IMG/VR virus record: IMGVR_UViG_3300028840_002150
Location: 1-64,000 of that record
Reading direction: 5' to 3' (one strand)
Length of the DNA stretch: 64,000 nt
From: a virus
The notes under the pieces are model-generated. The model was not told the origin of the DNA. It ran no database searches and saw nothing but the letters and a program-made list of their open reading frames with translations. Shown here piece after piece: positions 29,767-38,711 of the stretch. Each line of letters opens with the position of its first letter. Position 1 is the first letter of the stretch. A program made the position numbers and the translations under genes.

Positions 29767-30501
29767 ATGATTGACTGGGAGCTGGAAAAAATCGTCGCAG
29801 ACAATAAGCCGCTGCCACCGGATGAACAGCGTGAGCTAATCGGTAAGGCGCAAGCCGGGGACCAGGCGGCCCGCGACCGGCTTATCCTGACAAGCCTGCG
29901 GTTGGTTTTATCCCAGGTCACGAAACAAATGCACGATCCGTCGCACTGGGAGGACGCATTCCAGGAGGGCGTCACAGGGTTGGGCGAAGCCATCGACCGC
30001 TTCGATCTTTCGCGGCCTGTGTACTTCTCCACCTATGCCACGTATTGGATCCGCGCGAGGGTCCAGGAATACACGCGGTCCAATGTGTGGCGGGTGTTTC
30101 GGATTCCGGACGCCAGCCCGAAACAGGATTCTCCGCAGCGGGAGCGGTTGCTTGCCGAGCGAAAAGACGCGGCCAAGCAGTCTGTTAGCCTGTGCTCCAA
30201 TCATCGCGACGAGTTGTCATGCGACGACGAAAAAACGCCGGACGCTATCGCCGCGAGGCGGGAAGAAATCGGCAAAATGCGCCTTGCCATGCGGTGTTTG
30301 GACCGCCGCCGCCGGCATGTACTGTTGAGCCGAGTGGAAGGCGGAACGCTGCAGGAAATCGGGAATGAGCTGGGCGTATCAAAAGAGCGCGTCCGCCAGT
30401 TGGAAGAAACTGCGCTGAAACAATTGGCATCGCGGCTCGGCAGCAACCGGAATATCCGCAGCCTCGGTTTGCGAAATGTACCGGTAGCCGTCGGGGCGTG
30501 A
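29767..30501 (+). CDS. Phage-encoded sigma-70 family sigma factor
   Basis: GDQAARDRLI..LRLV, FQEG..GL..AIDRFD, FSTYATYWIR, TLQEIG.ELGVSKERVRQLE. Confidence 0.9.
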   Translation: MIDWELEKIVADNKPLPPDEQRELIGKAQAGDQAARDRLILTSLRLVLSQVTKQMHDPSHWEDAFQEGVTGLGEAIDRFDLSRPVYFSTYATYWIRARVQEYTRSNVWRVFRIPDASPKQDSPQRERLLAERKDAAKQSVSLCSNHRDELSCDDEKTPDAIAARREEIGKMRLAMRCLDRRRRHVLLSRVEGGTLQEIGNELGVSKERVRQLEETALKQLASRLGSNRNIRSLGLRNVPVAVGA

Positions 30502-30711
30502 CCTAACGTGTCAACGGTTTTTTCAAATTAGAAAGGGGGAACGGATGCCGGAGATTGTATTTTTGGCCGCGGGGGTAGCTTACTATGCCGCGGTAGGGTT
30601 CATGGTTGCTGGTGTTGCGAGATCGGCAGGCGGGAGGGTGGCAACATCCGCGGCGGCCGGCGCAGCGTGGCCATTGTTTTCGCTGGTTTTGCTTGCGCAT
30701 CGGGGGGCGGC

Positions 30712-31143
30712 GTGACATACCGAATCATCACGGGAAAAACCTGGCCGAAGTTGGCCAAGGCCCGCCGCAACCATCCCGGCCATGTTCGCGGCCGGATGAA
30801 CTCGACCGAGCGAGCCTACGCGGAATATCTCGGCAAGCTAAAGCTCTGCGGGGAGATCATCGAGTACGGGTTTGAAAACCTTACTCTGGTCCTATCCAGA
30901 CCACCCGACGGCGAAAAAGGGCGGTCGGTGACGTGGACGCCGGACTTTCAGGTTTTGCGATCCGACCATACAATCGAGCTGATCGACGTGAAGGGCGGGC
31001 GACCGGACCTGCACGCCCAGCAGGCGAAAATCCGCATCGCGGCCAGCGTGTTCTGGTGGTACCGGTTCACGGTCGCGCGGCGGCTGAAGAAAGCGGAGGG
31101 AGGCGGTTGGCAGCACGAGCCGGTCAACCACGATTTCACATAA
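30712..31143 (+). CDS. DUF1064-like PD-(D/E)xK endonuclease
   Basis: MNSTERAY, WTPDF and IDVKG motifs. Confidence 0.75.
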   Translation: MTYRIITGKTWPKLAKARRNHPGHVRGRMNSTERAYAEYLGKLKLCGEIIEYGFENLTLVLSRPPDGEKGRSVTWTPDFQVLRSDHTIELIDVKGGRPDLHAQQAKIRIAASVFWWYRFTVARRLKKAEGGGWQHEPVNHDFT

Positions 31144-31168
31144 GGCATTTTAAGGCGGGAGAAACGGA

Positions 31169-31729
31169 ATGCAAACCGATGCAACTAGCTGGCGGCATGT
31201 ATGGCCCATTCCTGGGCTGGATGAACGGATCACGCAACGGTGCATAGAAGACGGCATTGACTCGGCCGGCGCGGCCTACGACGCCATCGTCAAACGTGGG
31301 TACGTTTACCACGAGCGGCTAAGCGCGGCGTTGCTTCGGTTAGTTGCCGCCGACGCAAAAAGCGAAAAAACGCCGAGCAGCGTTTCCTGCCGCTTGCAAC
31401 GGCTGGCGGACGCTCGGCATAAAGCCATCAAGCTACGCGGTGAGCATGCCGTTTTGGCTCGCCGGACGCAATTGGCGGCAATGGCGCTACACGAGGCCGA
31501 AGGACAGGAAGGTCTCGCTTTGTCAGAATTCGATCCAGGGCAGGTAGAGATTCCGGGTGCCCGCAACACGGTCATGCTGAAGCAAACCATCTGGCATTTG
31601 GCCGACGCGATTCACTGTTGCGTAGAAGGGTCGGAGTTCCAGGTGTTGGCCATCGTCAACGGTTGCCCGCTGATCCGGACCGAGGGCGGCGAGGCGTTGC
31701 TGCTCGAGTGCGGCTATCGCTACGCATGA
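31169..31729 (+). CDS. Hypothetical protein
   Basis: GGAG RBS, 186 aa. Confidence 0.55.
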   Translation: MQTDATSWRHVWPIPGLDERITQRCIEDGIDSAGAAYDAIVKRGYVYHERLSAALLRLVAADAKSEKTPSSVSCRLQRLADARHKAIKLRGEHAVLARRTQLAAMALHEAEGQEGLALSEFDPGQVEIPGARNTVMLKQTIWHLADAIHCCVEGSEFQVLAIVNGCPLIRTEGGEALLLECGYRYA

Positions 31730-32015
31730 GCCTGCGGGGTTGCCGAAACGGGACCTACGGGGTAGAGATCCCGGCGAGTATTTTCGGAGCACAGCACGCC
31801 CGTGTCTCCTTCCCGCTCACCCGCGCGGCCCGGCATGTTTTCCGCTGATCCGGGGCGCCGTGTTTGGATCGCCGCCCCGCTACCCGCCCACTCGCGTTTT
31901 GCCGCCGGTGGCCGAGCCCGTCCCCTCGGCCGCCCTCCCCAGGACCTCCCGGAGCCACGGCCGGGAGGTCCTTCTACTTGCGGCCAATCTTTTTCCGGAA
32001 TTTCTGGTATTGTGC

Positions 32016-32041
32016 TAATATCGGCAAGCCCCCGGCGAATA
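32016..32041 (+). promoter_or_regulatory. Repeated promoter-like motif (TAATATC variant)
   Basis: Followed by an A/C-rich leader, GGAG and ATG at 32083. Confidence 0.75.
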
Positions 32042-32082
32042 ACTAGTAGACAACGACACCAACCACCACGGGAGACGAAACG

Positions 32083-32292
32083 ATGACTACGGAATCCGCC
32101 AAAAGGATTGAAACGCGGATCGCGGGGGAATTCGGCAACCGGGCGGCGCTGGCCGCCGCGGTCAACGAAGTCCGGACCTGCCTGCAGTATTCCGAATACC
32201 TGCGGGGGGTCCTGGACGCGGAACCCGCCGGACTGGCCGAAGAGGACGCGGTGGCTGACTGGGCCATCCGCCGGGGACACCTTTGGGACTAA
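32083..32292 (+). CDS. Hypothetical protein
   Basis: Motif, leader and RBS upstream. Confidence 0.6.
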   Translation: MTTESAKRIETRIAGEFGNRAALAAAVNEVRTCLQYSEYLRGVLDAEPAGLAEEDAVADWAIRRGHLWD

Positions 32293-32313
32293 GAAACGGG
32301 ATTAGCAGGCCAA

Positions 32314-32342
32314 TTGACGCGCCGTCCTGATTGTGGCACAAT
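32314..32342 (+). promoter_or_regulatory. Sigma70-like promoter
   Basis: TTGACG-N17-CACAAT with an extended TG. Confidence 0.45.
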
Positions 32343-32650
32343 ATCAGGACGTGGAGGGCGGCATAATGTGGGCGTACATTGCGGCGGACGTACAAAACGC
32401 GGCGGATTCATTCCGGGTGCTTGCCCGGTCGATCCGCTACATCAACGGGACGCAGCACCGGTTCGTAGGCCGGTGGATCTGCAAATCGTTGGCTCGGGAC
32501 TGGTGCCGAGTGCTCCTCTGGGCGGAGTCGGTGGCACGCACTACAGACCGCGCCTTGCGGTCCTGGGCCGTTAACTTGGAGCACGAGATCGGGCGCGGCC
32601 GGTCGTCATCCGTGAAAGGCGGTGTGGAACGGCCTGAGACGCATTGTTAG
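32333..32650 (+). CDS. Hypothetical protein (true start probably the internal MWAY)
   Basis: GGAGG before MWAY; hairpin/T-tract follows. Confidence 0.45.
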   Translation: MAQYQDVEGGIMWAYIAADVQNAADSFRVLARSIRYINGTQHRFVGRWICKSLARDWCRVLLWAESVARTTDRALRSWAVNLEHEIGRGRSSSVKGGVERPETHC

Positions 32651-32722
32651 GGATAGGGCACTTGGCCGGGTCGCGGAATTCCAGCCGCGGCCCGGCTTCC
32701 TTTTTCTGCGGGAACCGCGGAC

Positions 32723-33010
32723 ATGAAAAACCGGACATTGACTGTCCGCCGCATGAGTAGCGGCGACTGGAAAATCGTTGGCATCGGCACCGCTCGCCAT
32801 AACGATTTGGTATTGCGCGTCGGAGACGTGTTGACAACCGGGGCGCTGGATCGGATGGACCGTTCCGGGGCGTGGGAAATTATCCGGCAACCGTTGCGTC
32901 AGGACTGGGTGCCGGAATCCAGCCCGACAAAACCGGACACCATCCCGGACCCATCGGTGACCGTGGCGGGGACACCGCTCACGGAGCCGACGGCTTGGAT
33001 GACATGGTGA
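32723..33010 (+). CDS. Hypothetical protein ending in the first attC-like site
   Basis: Stop codon lies in the R'' box position. Confidence 0.5.
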   Translation: MKNRTLTVRRMSSGDWKIVGIGTARHNDLVLRVGDVLTTGALDRMDRSGAWEIIRQPLRQDWVPESSPTKPDTIPDPSVTVAGTPLTEPTAWMTW

Positions 33011-33091
33011 CGCCCGAGAATCACGCGGCCGGCAGTGAGCGAGCCACTGCCGCAACCGCTTCCACTGGCTCGCGTGCATTCGTGGTTATCC
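33005..33091 (+). mobile_element. attC-like site 1
   Basis: GAC..GAATCACGCGGCC ... GGC(T)CGCGTG(C)ATTC..GTTATCC: imperfect palindrome with two unpaired bases. Confidence 0.7.
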
Positions 33092-33094
33092 GGC

Positions 33095-33337
33095 ATGGTC
33101 ACAATCCAAGACATCCCACGATGGTACGTTGACAGAGGAATCGGCCACGCCGTAGCAGGTTGCGGCGATGGGCTCGTGTATACGCTTTGCGAATCGTTGA
33201 TTTGGGCGTCCACTGACGAAACGCAGAAGGACGTGCCGCCGAGGATCTGCCGCAAGTGCCGGCGGAGAATGAAGACAGCCATGCTGACAGAACAGCGTGC
33301 GGATTCCGTGGCCGTGTCCGTTCCGTCTGCCGGATAA
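33095..33337 (+). CDS. Cassette gene A, small Zn-finger-like (in-frame GTG at 33035 inside the attC)
   Basis: H..C...CRKC; stop lies in R'' (GGATAAC). Confidence 0.55.
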   Translation: MVTIQDIPRWYVDRGIGHAVAGCGDGLVYTLCESLIWASTDETQKDVPPRICRKCRRRMKTAMLTEQRADSVAVSVPSAG

Positions 33338-33430
33338 CGTCCGCGATAACCGCGGCGAAGGAGAAGAGTCGAAATGAGCGAAGCGAACGAAGAGGACAAA
33401 TTCGACTGCGGTTCATCGCCGTTGTTATCT
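33332..33430 (+). mobile_element. attC-like site 2
   Basis: GGATAAC..GATAACCGCGGCGAA ... TTCG(A)CTGCGGTT(C)ATC..GTTATCT. Confidence 0.75.
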
Positions 33431-33670
33431 GGCGATCAGCCATGCGGGCGCAATCCCGACTACGATGGATCGCCAGAAGCAGAGATCGCGAGACTGCAAT
33501 CGAGCCGCGATCGTGCGAGACGGGAGCGAGACACATTGCGCAAGGCATTGGAGACGATCGCAGGAAGCCGCATTCCTCCAGCGGACTCGCAAGCCGAATA
33601 CGTGCATCAGCGGGCGACGTACCGTTTGCGATCCGTGGCCCGTGAAGCGTTGGGGATTGATGACGATTGA
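33374..33670 (+). CDS. Cassette gene B, coiled coil; starts in the attC2 loop
   Basis: GGAG and ATG inside attC2; EIARLQ...LR.AL..IA pattern. Confidence 0.55.
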   Translation: MSEANEEDKFDCGSSPLLSGDQPCGRNPDYDGSPEAEIARLQSSRDRARRERDTLRKALETIAGSRIPPADSQAEYVHQRATYRLRSVAREALGIDDD

Positions 33671-33760
33671 GCCGGATGCCCGAGAATCACCCGGCGGCGA
33701 CAAGTAATGAACCAATTGAAACCGCGCCCAATCGCCGCTCGGGTGCAGCCGTGGTTACAT
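33671..33760 (+). mobile_element. attC-like site 3 (R'' lacks AAC)
   Basis: gccggat[aac missing]gcccgaGAATCACCCGGCGGCGA ... TCGCCGC(T)CGGGTG(C)..GTTACAT. Confidence 0.65.
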
Positions 33761-33979
33761 CTTATGACAGCAATCACACGTAATACGCGAGACTGTTTTG
33801 AACTTACCGAACACGCCGGTTCGCAACTACCATCGCGGGTAGAGTTTTCCATCGAGGACGACGACGGAACGACGCGGCTGTTCTGCGACGGGGTGGAAGT
33901 GACGGCGATACAGTGCCGCCGACTGACAGAATGGCTCGGCAACGCGCATAAACGATTGACGGGATTCCGAGGCATTTAA
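33707..33979 (+). CDS. Cassette gene C; starts in the attC3 loop
   Basis: Stop TAA lies in R'' (ATTTAAC). Confidence 0.5.
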   Translation: MNQLKPRPIAARVQPWLHLMTAITRNTRDCFELTEHAGSQLPSRVEFSIEDDDGTTRLFCDGVEVTAIQCRRLTEWLGNAHKRLTGFRGI

Positions 33980-34060
33980 CGGCCGAGAATCAATCGGCCG
34001 GCAGTGAGCGAGCCACTGCCGCAACCGCTTCCATCGGCTCGGGTGCATTCGAGGTTATCC
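33974..34060 (+). mobile_element. attC-like site 4 (near-identical to site 1)
   Basis: ATTTAAC..GAATCAATCGGCCG ... CGGC(T)CGGGTG(C)ATTC..GTTATCC. Confidence 0.75.
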
Positions 34061-34064
34061 GATT

Positions 34065-34370
34065 ATGAGCTACAGCGCGATCAAACTGCGGCGCAAGGCC
34101 ATTGTGGCGGTGGATGCGATGTTGGAGTTGCGGCAAATGATGTGCGACGTGCTGCCGCCGGGGACCGTGGTACAACTGGAGCGTGCCGTGGACGGCAAAT
34201 GGCATCGATTCCAGGGGACGGTCGCTAATTCGCAATACGTCATCGAACAGATACCAGAATCGGGCGTTATTGTCGAAGTGGAGCTGGCCGAATTGCCAAA
34301 GATTCCGCCGGAGTTTCGCATTCGTGACGGATTGGTTGCTGCGCCGTGGACTTGGCTTCGTGACGGATAA
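34065..34370 (+). CDS. Cassette gene D
   Basis: Begins 4 nt after GTTATCC; ends in CGGATAAC, complementary to GTTATCCG. Confidence 0.6.
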   Translation: MSYSAIKLRRKAIVAVDAMLELRQMMCDVLPPGTVVQLERAVDGKWHRFQGTVANSQYVIEQIPESGVIVEVELAELPKIPPEFRIRDGLVAAPWTWLRDG

Positions 34371-34480
34371 CCGGAGGTAAAATATGACCGATCGGACCGT
34401 AATGACAGATACGGATTGAGAAATCGTCATCAGCATCGAAAAAGGCGCAGGAGTGGCTGTGTTGTACGATCCATCGGGAG

Positions 34481-34864
34481 ATGCTGTCTGTGGCGGCGAG
34501 TACGATGGAGAAAGTCTCGCCGAGACCATCGAAAACGCGGTGGCCCATGCCCGTGCCGCGGATGCTGGTATCTATGGATAACGAACGAGCGAGGCGGCAA
34601 AACATGGCCAACCTAGAGGAATGGTCTAAACAATACATCGAGGAAACCGGCGACAATCCGCCGCGGAAGCCGAAGCGGCTGTATGTGCGAAAGCCTAACG
34701 AATACACCTCGGCGGGGCAAAGGTGGGTAGAAGCCAGCGAGCTGTGGGATATTCGGTTTTTGTCGTGGATGCTGGGATGGCTGCAGGGGGGGCATGGCTT
34801 GCGGCGAGCCGCCGAAACAGGTAGAGATCCCACCGAAACCCCACCGCCCGCGCACCGGAGCTAA
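34481..34864 (+). CDS. Hypothetical protein
   Basis: ORF abutting the next gene. Confidence 0.35.
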   Translation: MLSVAASTMEKVSPRPSKTRWPMPVPRMLVSMDNERARRQNMANLEEWSKQYIEETGDNPPRKPKRLYVRKPNEYTSAGQRWVEASELWDIRFLSWMLGWLQGGHGLRRAAETGRDPTETPPPAHRS

Positions 34865-34867
34865 AGC

Positions 34868-35635
34868 ATGACGGTTACCCCCTATCGGCTCATTTTTAAC
34901 GGCGAAGTTCCCCGAAAGCTCACCCACCGGAACGTAGTGGGCCGGAACCGGGACATCGACGACCAGACCCCGAGCGGCTATTACTACATCGGCGGGGATG
35001 AAGACGTATGGGCCGGCGGCGGATCGTACACGGGTTGGTTGACCGCTGCGGCATCGGTCGAGGCAATCAGCAGCAGCACCAACGACAACGTAGCCGGCAC
35101 CGGGGCGCGGACGCTGACGGTGACCGGGTTGGATGCGAACTGGGCCATCCAATCGGAGACGGTGAACCTGAACGGCGTCAACGCGGTGGCTCTGGCAAAC
35201 ACCTATATCCGGGTGCTCGAGGCCAAAGTTGCAACCGTGGGCGGGCGGGGGATCACAGACGGAAATATCACGGTCCGGGTGGCAAGCGGCGGGGCAACGT
35301 TGGCCTACATCGTGGCGGGCGAAAACAACAGTTTGCAGGCGGTCTACAGCGTACCGGCGGATTATGAGGGGTCGGTGGTCAACTTTCACGCGCGGCTTCT
35401 CCACGCGACGGATGTGAAGGCCAACGTGATACTGTACGAGCGGCCCTACGGCGCGGCCAAGCTGGTCAAGCATGTACTAGCCCTGGAGTCCGGCGGCGAG
35501 CGGGCCGCAGAACAGACGTTCGGAGTGCCGATCAGCGTAGCGGCCAAGACGGATTTGTGGGTCTCGGCGGAAGTGGCGGGGGACAACGCGGATATTGAGG
35601 CCGGGTTTGACCTGCTGATGTATCCGCTGACGTAG
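34868..35635 (+). CDS. Beta-rich virion structural-like protein
   Basis: SSSTND..GTGARTLTVTGLDANW...ETVNLNG pattern seen in phage structural proteins. Confidence 0.55.
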   Translation: MTVTPYRLIFNGEVPRKLTHRNVVGRNRDIDDQTPSGYYYIGGDEDVWAGGGSYTGWLTAAASVEAISSSTNDNVAGTGARTLTVTGLDANWAIQSETVNLNGVNAVALANTYIRVLEAKVATVGGRGITDGNITVRVASGGATLAYIVAGENNSLQAVYSVPADYEGSVVNFHARLLHATDVKANVILYERPYGAAKLVKHVLALESGGERAAEQTFGVPISVAAKTDLWVSAEVAGDNADIEAGFDLLMYPLT

Positions 35636-35647
35636 CCGAAATTGCGA

Positions 35648-35673
35648 CAATATCGGCGGCGACCGGGCGAATA
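35648..35673 (+). promoter_or_regulatory. Repeated promoter-like motif
   Basis: caatatc ggcggcgaccggg cgaata. Confidence 0.75.
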
Positions 35674-35784
35674 ACCCGGTATGAAGTGGACAACCTTTTC
35701 GATGCGCTGAGGCTATCGACCGGGCAAGCACACGGGGACCATCCCCGCTTGCCCGGCTGATGGCCGCTTATCTGGGGGCGACGC

Positions 35785-36171
35785 ATGAGCATCGAGGCTA
35801 ATATCGCGGTCCGCAAATCCGCCGAGGAGCTAATTGAGTTGGGGGAATCCCTCGTCAGGGAAGGCCGATTAAACCTCCGCCGATTTTGGACCGTGGTGGA
35901 AGTGATGGCCGCGGAACGGGCGGGCCACTCAGAAGAAACAACAGCCCCAACGGTGCCGGTCAAGCCGCCGCCGATGGCCCGCGAAGAGGCGCGGCGGTTC
36001 GACCAGCAAACCCTGGACTTCGGTCAGTACCGAGGACGCAAAATAAAGGACGTTCCGCTGGAGTACCTGTATTGGCTGCATGCGGCAAATAGCCGGCTCT
36101 ACACCGATCTGGGCCGGTACCTGAACTCCGAGCACGTTCAAGCGGAAATGGTAAAGGACCCGGACGAATGA
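35785..36171 (+). CDS. DUF3820-like domain protein
   Basis: LDFGQYRGRKIKDVPLEYLYWL. Confidence 0.7.
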   Translation: MSIEANIAVRKSAEELIELGESLVREGRLNLRRFWTVVEVMAAERAGHSEETTAPTVPVKPPPMAREEARRFDQQTLDFGQYRGRKIKDVPLEYLYWLHAANSRLYTDLGRYLNSEHVQAEMVKDPDE

Positions 36172-36205
36172 CCGGAAGTTATTTCTGAAAATTGTGATAT
36201 GCCGC

Positions 36206-36231
36206 CAATATCGGCCCGCTCTCGCCGAATA
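36206..36231 (+). promoter_or_regulatory. Repeated promoter-like motif
   Basis: caatatc ggcccgctctcgc cgaata. Confidence 0.75.
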
Positions 36232-36273
36232 ACCCCGTAGACAACACGACACGATCTACGGGGAGAAACGGCT

Positions 36274-36642
36274 ATGCGACTGGTAGGAACAACGACGATG
36301 AGTCCGAGCCGAGCGGCAAAATACACCCGAAAACGGTCTCAAGCGATAGGCCGCGCATGGGCACATTATCACCCGGAACAATGCCGGCCTCCGATCGATC
36401 AATCCAAGCCGCGGCCAAGCGGTCCGACGTGGAAAGAGCAAGACCTCGGCAGGCGCCACCCGGAAGCCGTGGACGCCATCATGGAGACCGAGGCGGGGCT
36501 GTTACGAACCTATGACGGCGACTTTGCCGAGCCGGGGGAAACCCTGGTGGAGTTCGCCAAGCGGATGTTTCCCAAGGGAGGACGGTTGCGGGACTGCGGC
36601 CGAGTGGGTCACTTTCGCCGCTATTGGCTGATATTGCGGTAA
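36274..36642 (+). CDS. Hypothetical protein
   Basis: Motif and GGAG RBS upstream. Confidence 0.55.
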   Translation: MRLVGTTTMSPSRAAKYTRKRSQAIGRAWAHYHPEQCRPPIDQSKPRPSGPTWKEQDLGRRHPEAVDAIMETEAGLLRTYDGDFAEPGETLVEFAKRMFPKGGRLRDCGRVGHFRRYWLILR

Positions 36643-36932
36643 CAAAAGAAATCACCGGTGGCCGGTCCGTGCCGGCCTGCGAACATGACGGACGGCCGGC
36701 GGGATCCGTAGCCAATCGGTGACCGACCGGGCCGGTTCGCGGGAGTCATCGAGCATAGCTCGGGCGAGGCAGACAGCGAACGGACCGATGGCAACGCGGG
36801 CGCGCAAGCCCCGAGTTGCCCCTTGCCCAGCCTCCTGATATTGCAACACCCCCAAGTGATTCGGTATCTTGGAATAAGCGGGAAGCGTGGCATCCCGACG
36901 CCAAGACCGAATAGATACCGATTGGGGGAGAT

Positions 36933-37304
36933 GTGAGCAGAAAGCCTAGCCCGACGCGGCGGACCATCGTCCGCATCGTGTACTTGGACCCAGACGACCG
37001 GATTTTGCTGGAGAAATTACCGGAAGCGGTTTGGGTCGAAACCATGACCGATGCCTTCGCCCACTGTATTCGGCTGGTCCAGCGGTGGCTGGAAAAGTCG
37101 CCGAATGCCTACCGCCGATTCACGCGGGCGGCACAGCCGGGAGTCTGGACGGAGGGGGTTGCCCAGAATATCCGCCTCAATTCACGGGAATTGCAGGCAC
37201 TCGAGGAAATCCAGGAGCTAACCGAATTGGACCGTATGACGGATGTGGTGCGGTTGATAATCCGCATGGGCGCGGAACATTATGGGGTGGCGGTTGAGGA
37301 ATGA
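36933..37304 (+). CDS. Putative tandem ribbon-helix-helix regulator
   Basis: Two strand-helix-helix units, each containing MTD.....IR. Confidence 0.45.
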   Translation: MSRKPSPTRRTIVRIVYLDPDDRILLEKLPEAVWVETMTDAFAHCIRLVQRWLEKSPNAYRRFTRAAQPGVWTEGVAQNIRLNSRELQALEEIQELTELDRMTDVVRLIIRMGAEHYGVAVEE

Positions 37305-37582
37305 GCATAATGTTTGAGCTGGAAATGACGCCGGACGGGTGGAAGGCGCTGCGCGAATACATGGAAGCCGCCGGCATAATTTCGCCGGTTTCAGATGGTG
37401 AGGAATTGCGGCCCGGAGTTGTCTACAGGTGCGGTCCAGGCGCGGAGCTGTACTCCAAACAGTACAACGCGCTGGAATCGGAAACGATTTTTCTGCGCCA
37501 CGGCGAAGAGACCGTCTGGACGGCGGATGACCTGGAAGCCATCGCGGCGGACATGCGGGCAAGGCAGCGGGGCAACCGGTAG
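37301..37582 (+). CDS. Hypothetical protein
   Basis: GAGG RBS; ATGA overlap. Confidence 0.55.
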   Translation: MSIMFELEMTPDGWKALREYMEAAGIISPVSDGEELRPGVVYRCGPGAELYSKQYNALESETIFLRHGEETVWTADDLEAIAADMRARQRGNR

Positions 37583-37598
37583 GGGAGGATAATCGGCC

Positions 37599-37871
37599 AT
37601 GTTACGCGGACCACTTACGCCGGATCAGCGGCTAATCGTCCGGGCCATGCAGGACCCGGATAACCACGTCGTCACGTTCGATTACGCGGATAGGAACGGG
37701 GTGGCCACGCGGAGGGTTGTCTCGCCGATCCGTTGGTTGGATGGGGAGCGGTTCCTCGGGCTTTGTTTGAGCCGGGAACATCCCCGGCAGTTTCACCTGG
37801 ACCGGTGCCGGGATGTCGTGCTGGCCCCGGCGGCTCAATTCCTGATGCCGGTGCCGATGGAACCGGTGTGA
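37599..37871 (+). CDS. Stand-alone WYL domain protein
   Basis: VTFDY.D.NG..TRR.VSP.R....FLGLCLSR..PRQF.LDR. Confidence 0.75.
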   Translation: MLRGPLTPDQRLIVRAMQDPDNHVVTFDYADRNGVATRRVVSPIRWLDGERFLGLCLSREHPRQFHLDRCRDVVLAPAAQFLMPVPMEPV

Positions 37872-38034
37872 TTTTTCGCCGATATCAGGCTGGACGGCCC
37901 GAATAACCGAGGGTAGGATACGTGTTTCCTCCAGCGGGTTTCGCCCGGAAAACGGGCTGGCTGTTTTTTGCTGAGCAGGCGGGGAGGTGGGTCATGACTG
38001 AGCCGCAGCAATGCGGCAACTAGGTAAATTCGGG

Positions 38035-38073
38035 GCCCGGTTGCGGAACGTTGGCAACCGGGCTTTCTTTTTT
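38035..38073 (+). terminator. Intrinsic terminator
   Basis: GCCCGGTTGC/GCAACCGGGC plus T-tract. Confidence 0.8.
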
Positions 38074-38164
38074 GGAAAATTTCCGATACGGCGGCAATAT
38101 CGGAAGGTGGGCGGCGAATAACCTATTGATGACACAACCGACCACTAACCACGGGAGCCGAATC

Positions 38165-38374
38165 ATGACCACCTATCGCGTTTACGGCGGCGGAACCTAT
38201 ATCCGCCAGTTCACCAACCGCCACACGGCTGAGCAGTATTGCGAGGCGGTCGTCCGGGAATCACACCCGAACGTCGGCGAGGTGGAACTTTACCGGCAGA
38301 AGGAGGACGAGTGGACCGGGGCCGCGGAATGCCGCCTGCTTCGCTCGTTCGGCATTCCCGCCGGTTCTTTCTGA
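38165..38374 (+). CDS. Small hypothetical protein
   Basis: Motif, leader and GGAG upstream. Confidence 0.6.
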   Translation: MTTYRVYGGGTYIRQFTNRHTAEQYCEAVVRESHPNVGEVELYRQKEDEWTGAAECRLLRSFGIPAGSF

Positions 38375-38450
38375 TTTTCCGCCAATATCGGCCACGGAGG
38401 GCCGAATAACCTATCAGATGACGCACGCACCCCAAACCAAGGAGCCGACC

Positions 38451-38711
38451 ATGACACGCCTCGAGTTAGCCCAGCGAATCAACCGCCTCGGAGTATCCGT
38501 CCGCGACTTCCAGGTCCATTTGGGCGACGATTACCGCCTGCAGGTGGTCGTCCATTGTTTGGATTCTGCCGGGCGGTTTGACGAGGAAGCCACCCGAGAA
38601 ACCATGCTGCGAATCCGGGCGGATTTGGGCCGCAGTTGGACCAGGGAACGCCTGGAGCACGGGGCCTACCTGATTTGCGCCCCAGCGCGGAAGTCAGAGG
38701 AGGCCGCTTGA
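38451..38711 (+). CDS. Small hypothetical protein
   Basis: Motif, leader and AGGAG upstream. Confidence 0.6.
   Translation: MTRLELAQRINRLGVSVRDFQVHLGDDYRLQVVVHCLDSAGRFDEEATRETMLRIRADLGRSWTRERLEHGAYLICAPARKSEEAA

Noticed and set aside
33005-34060. Near-identical 87-bp repeats as a DGR TR/VR pair or IS ends
   Set aside because: No reverse transcriptase or transposase in the window; differences are not adenine-specific; attC architecture explains them better.
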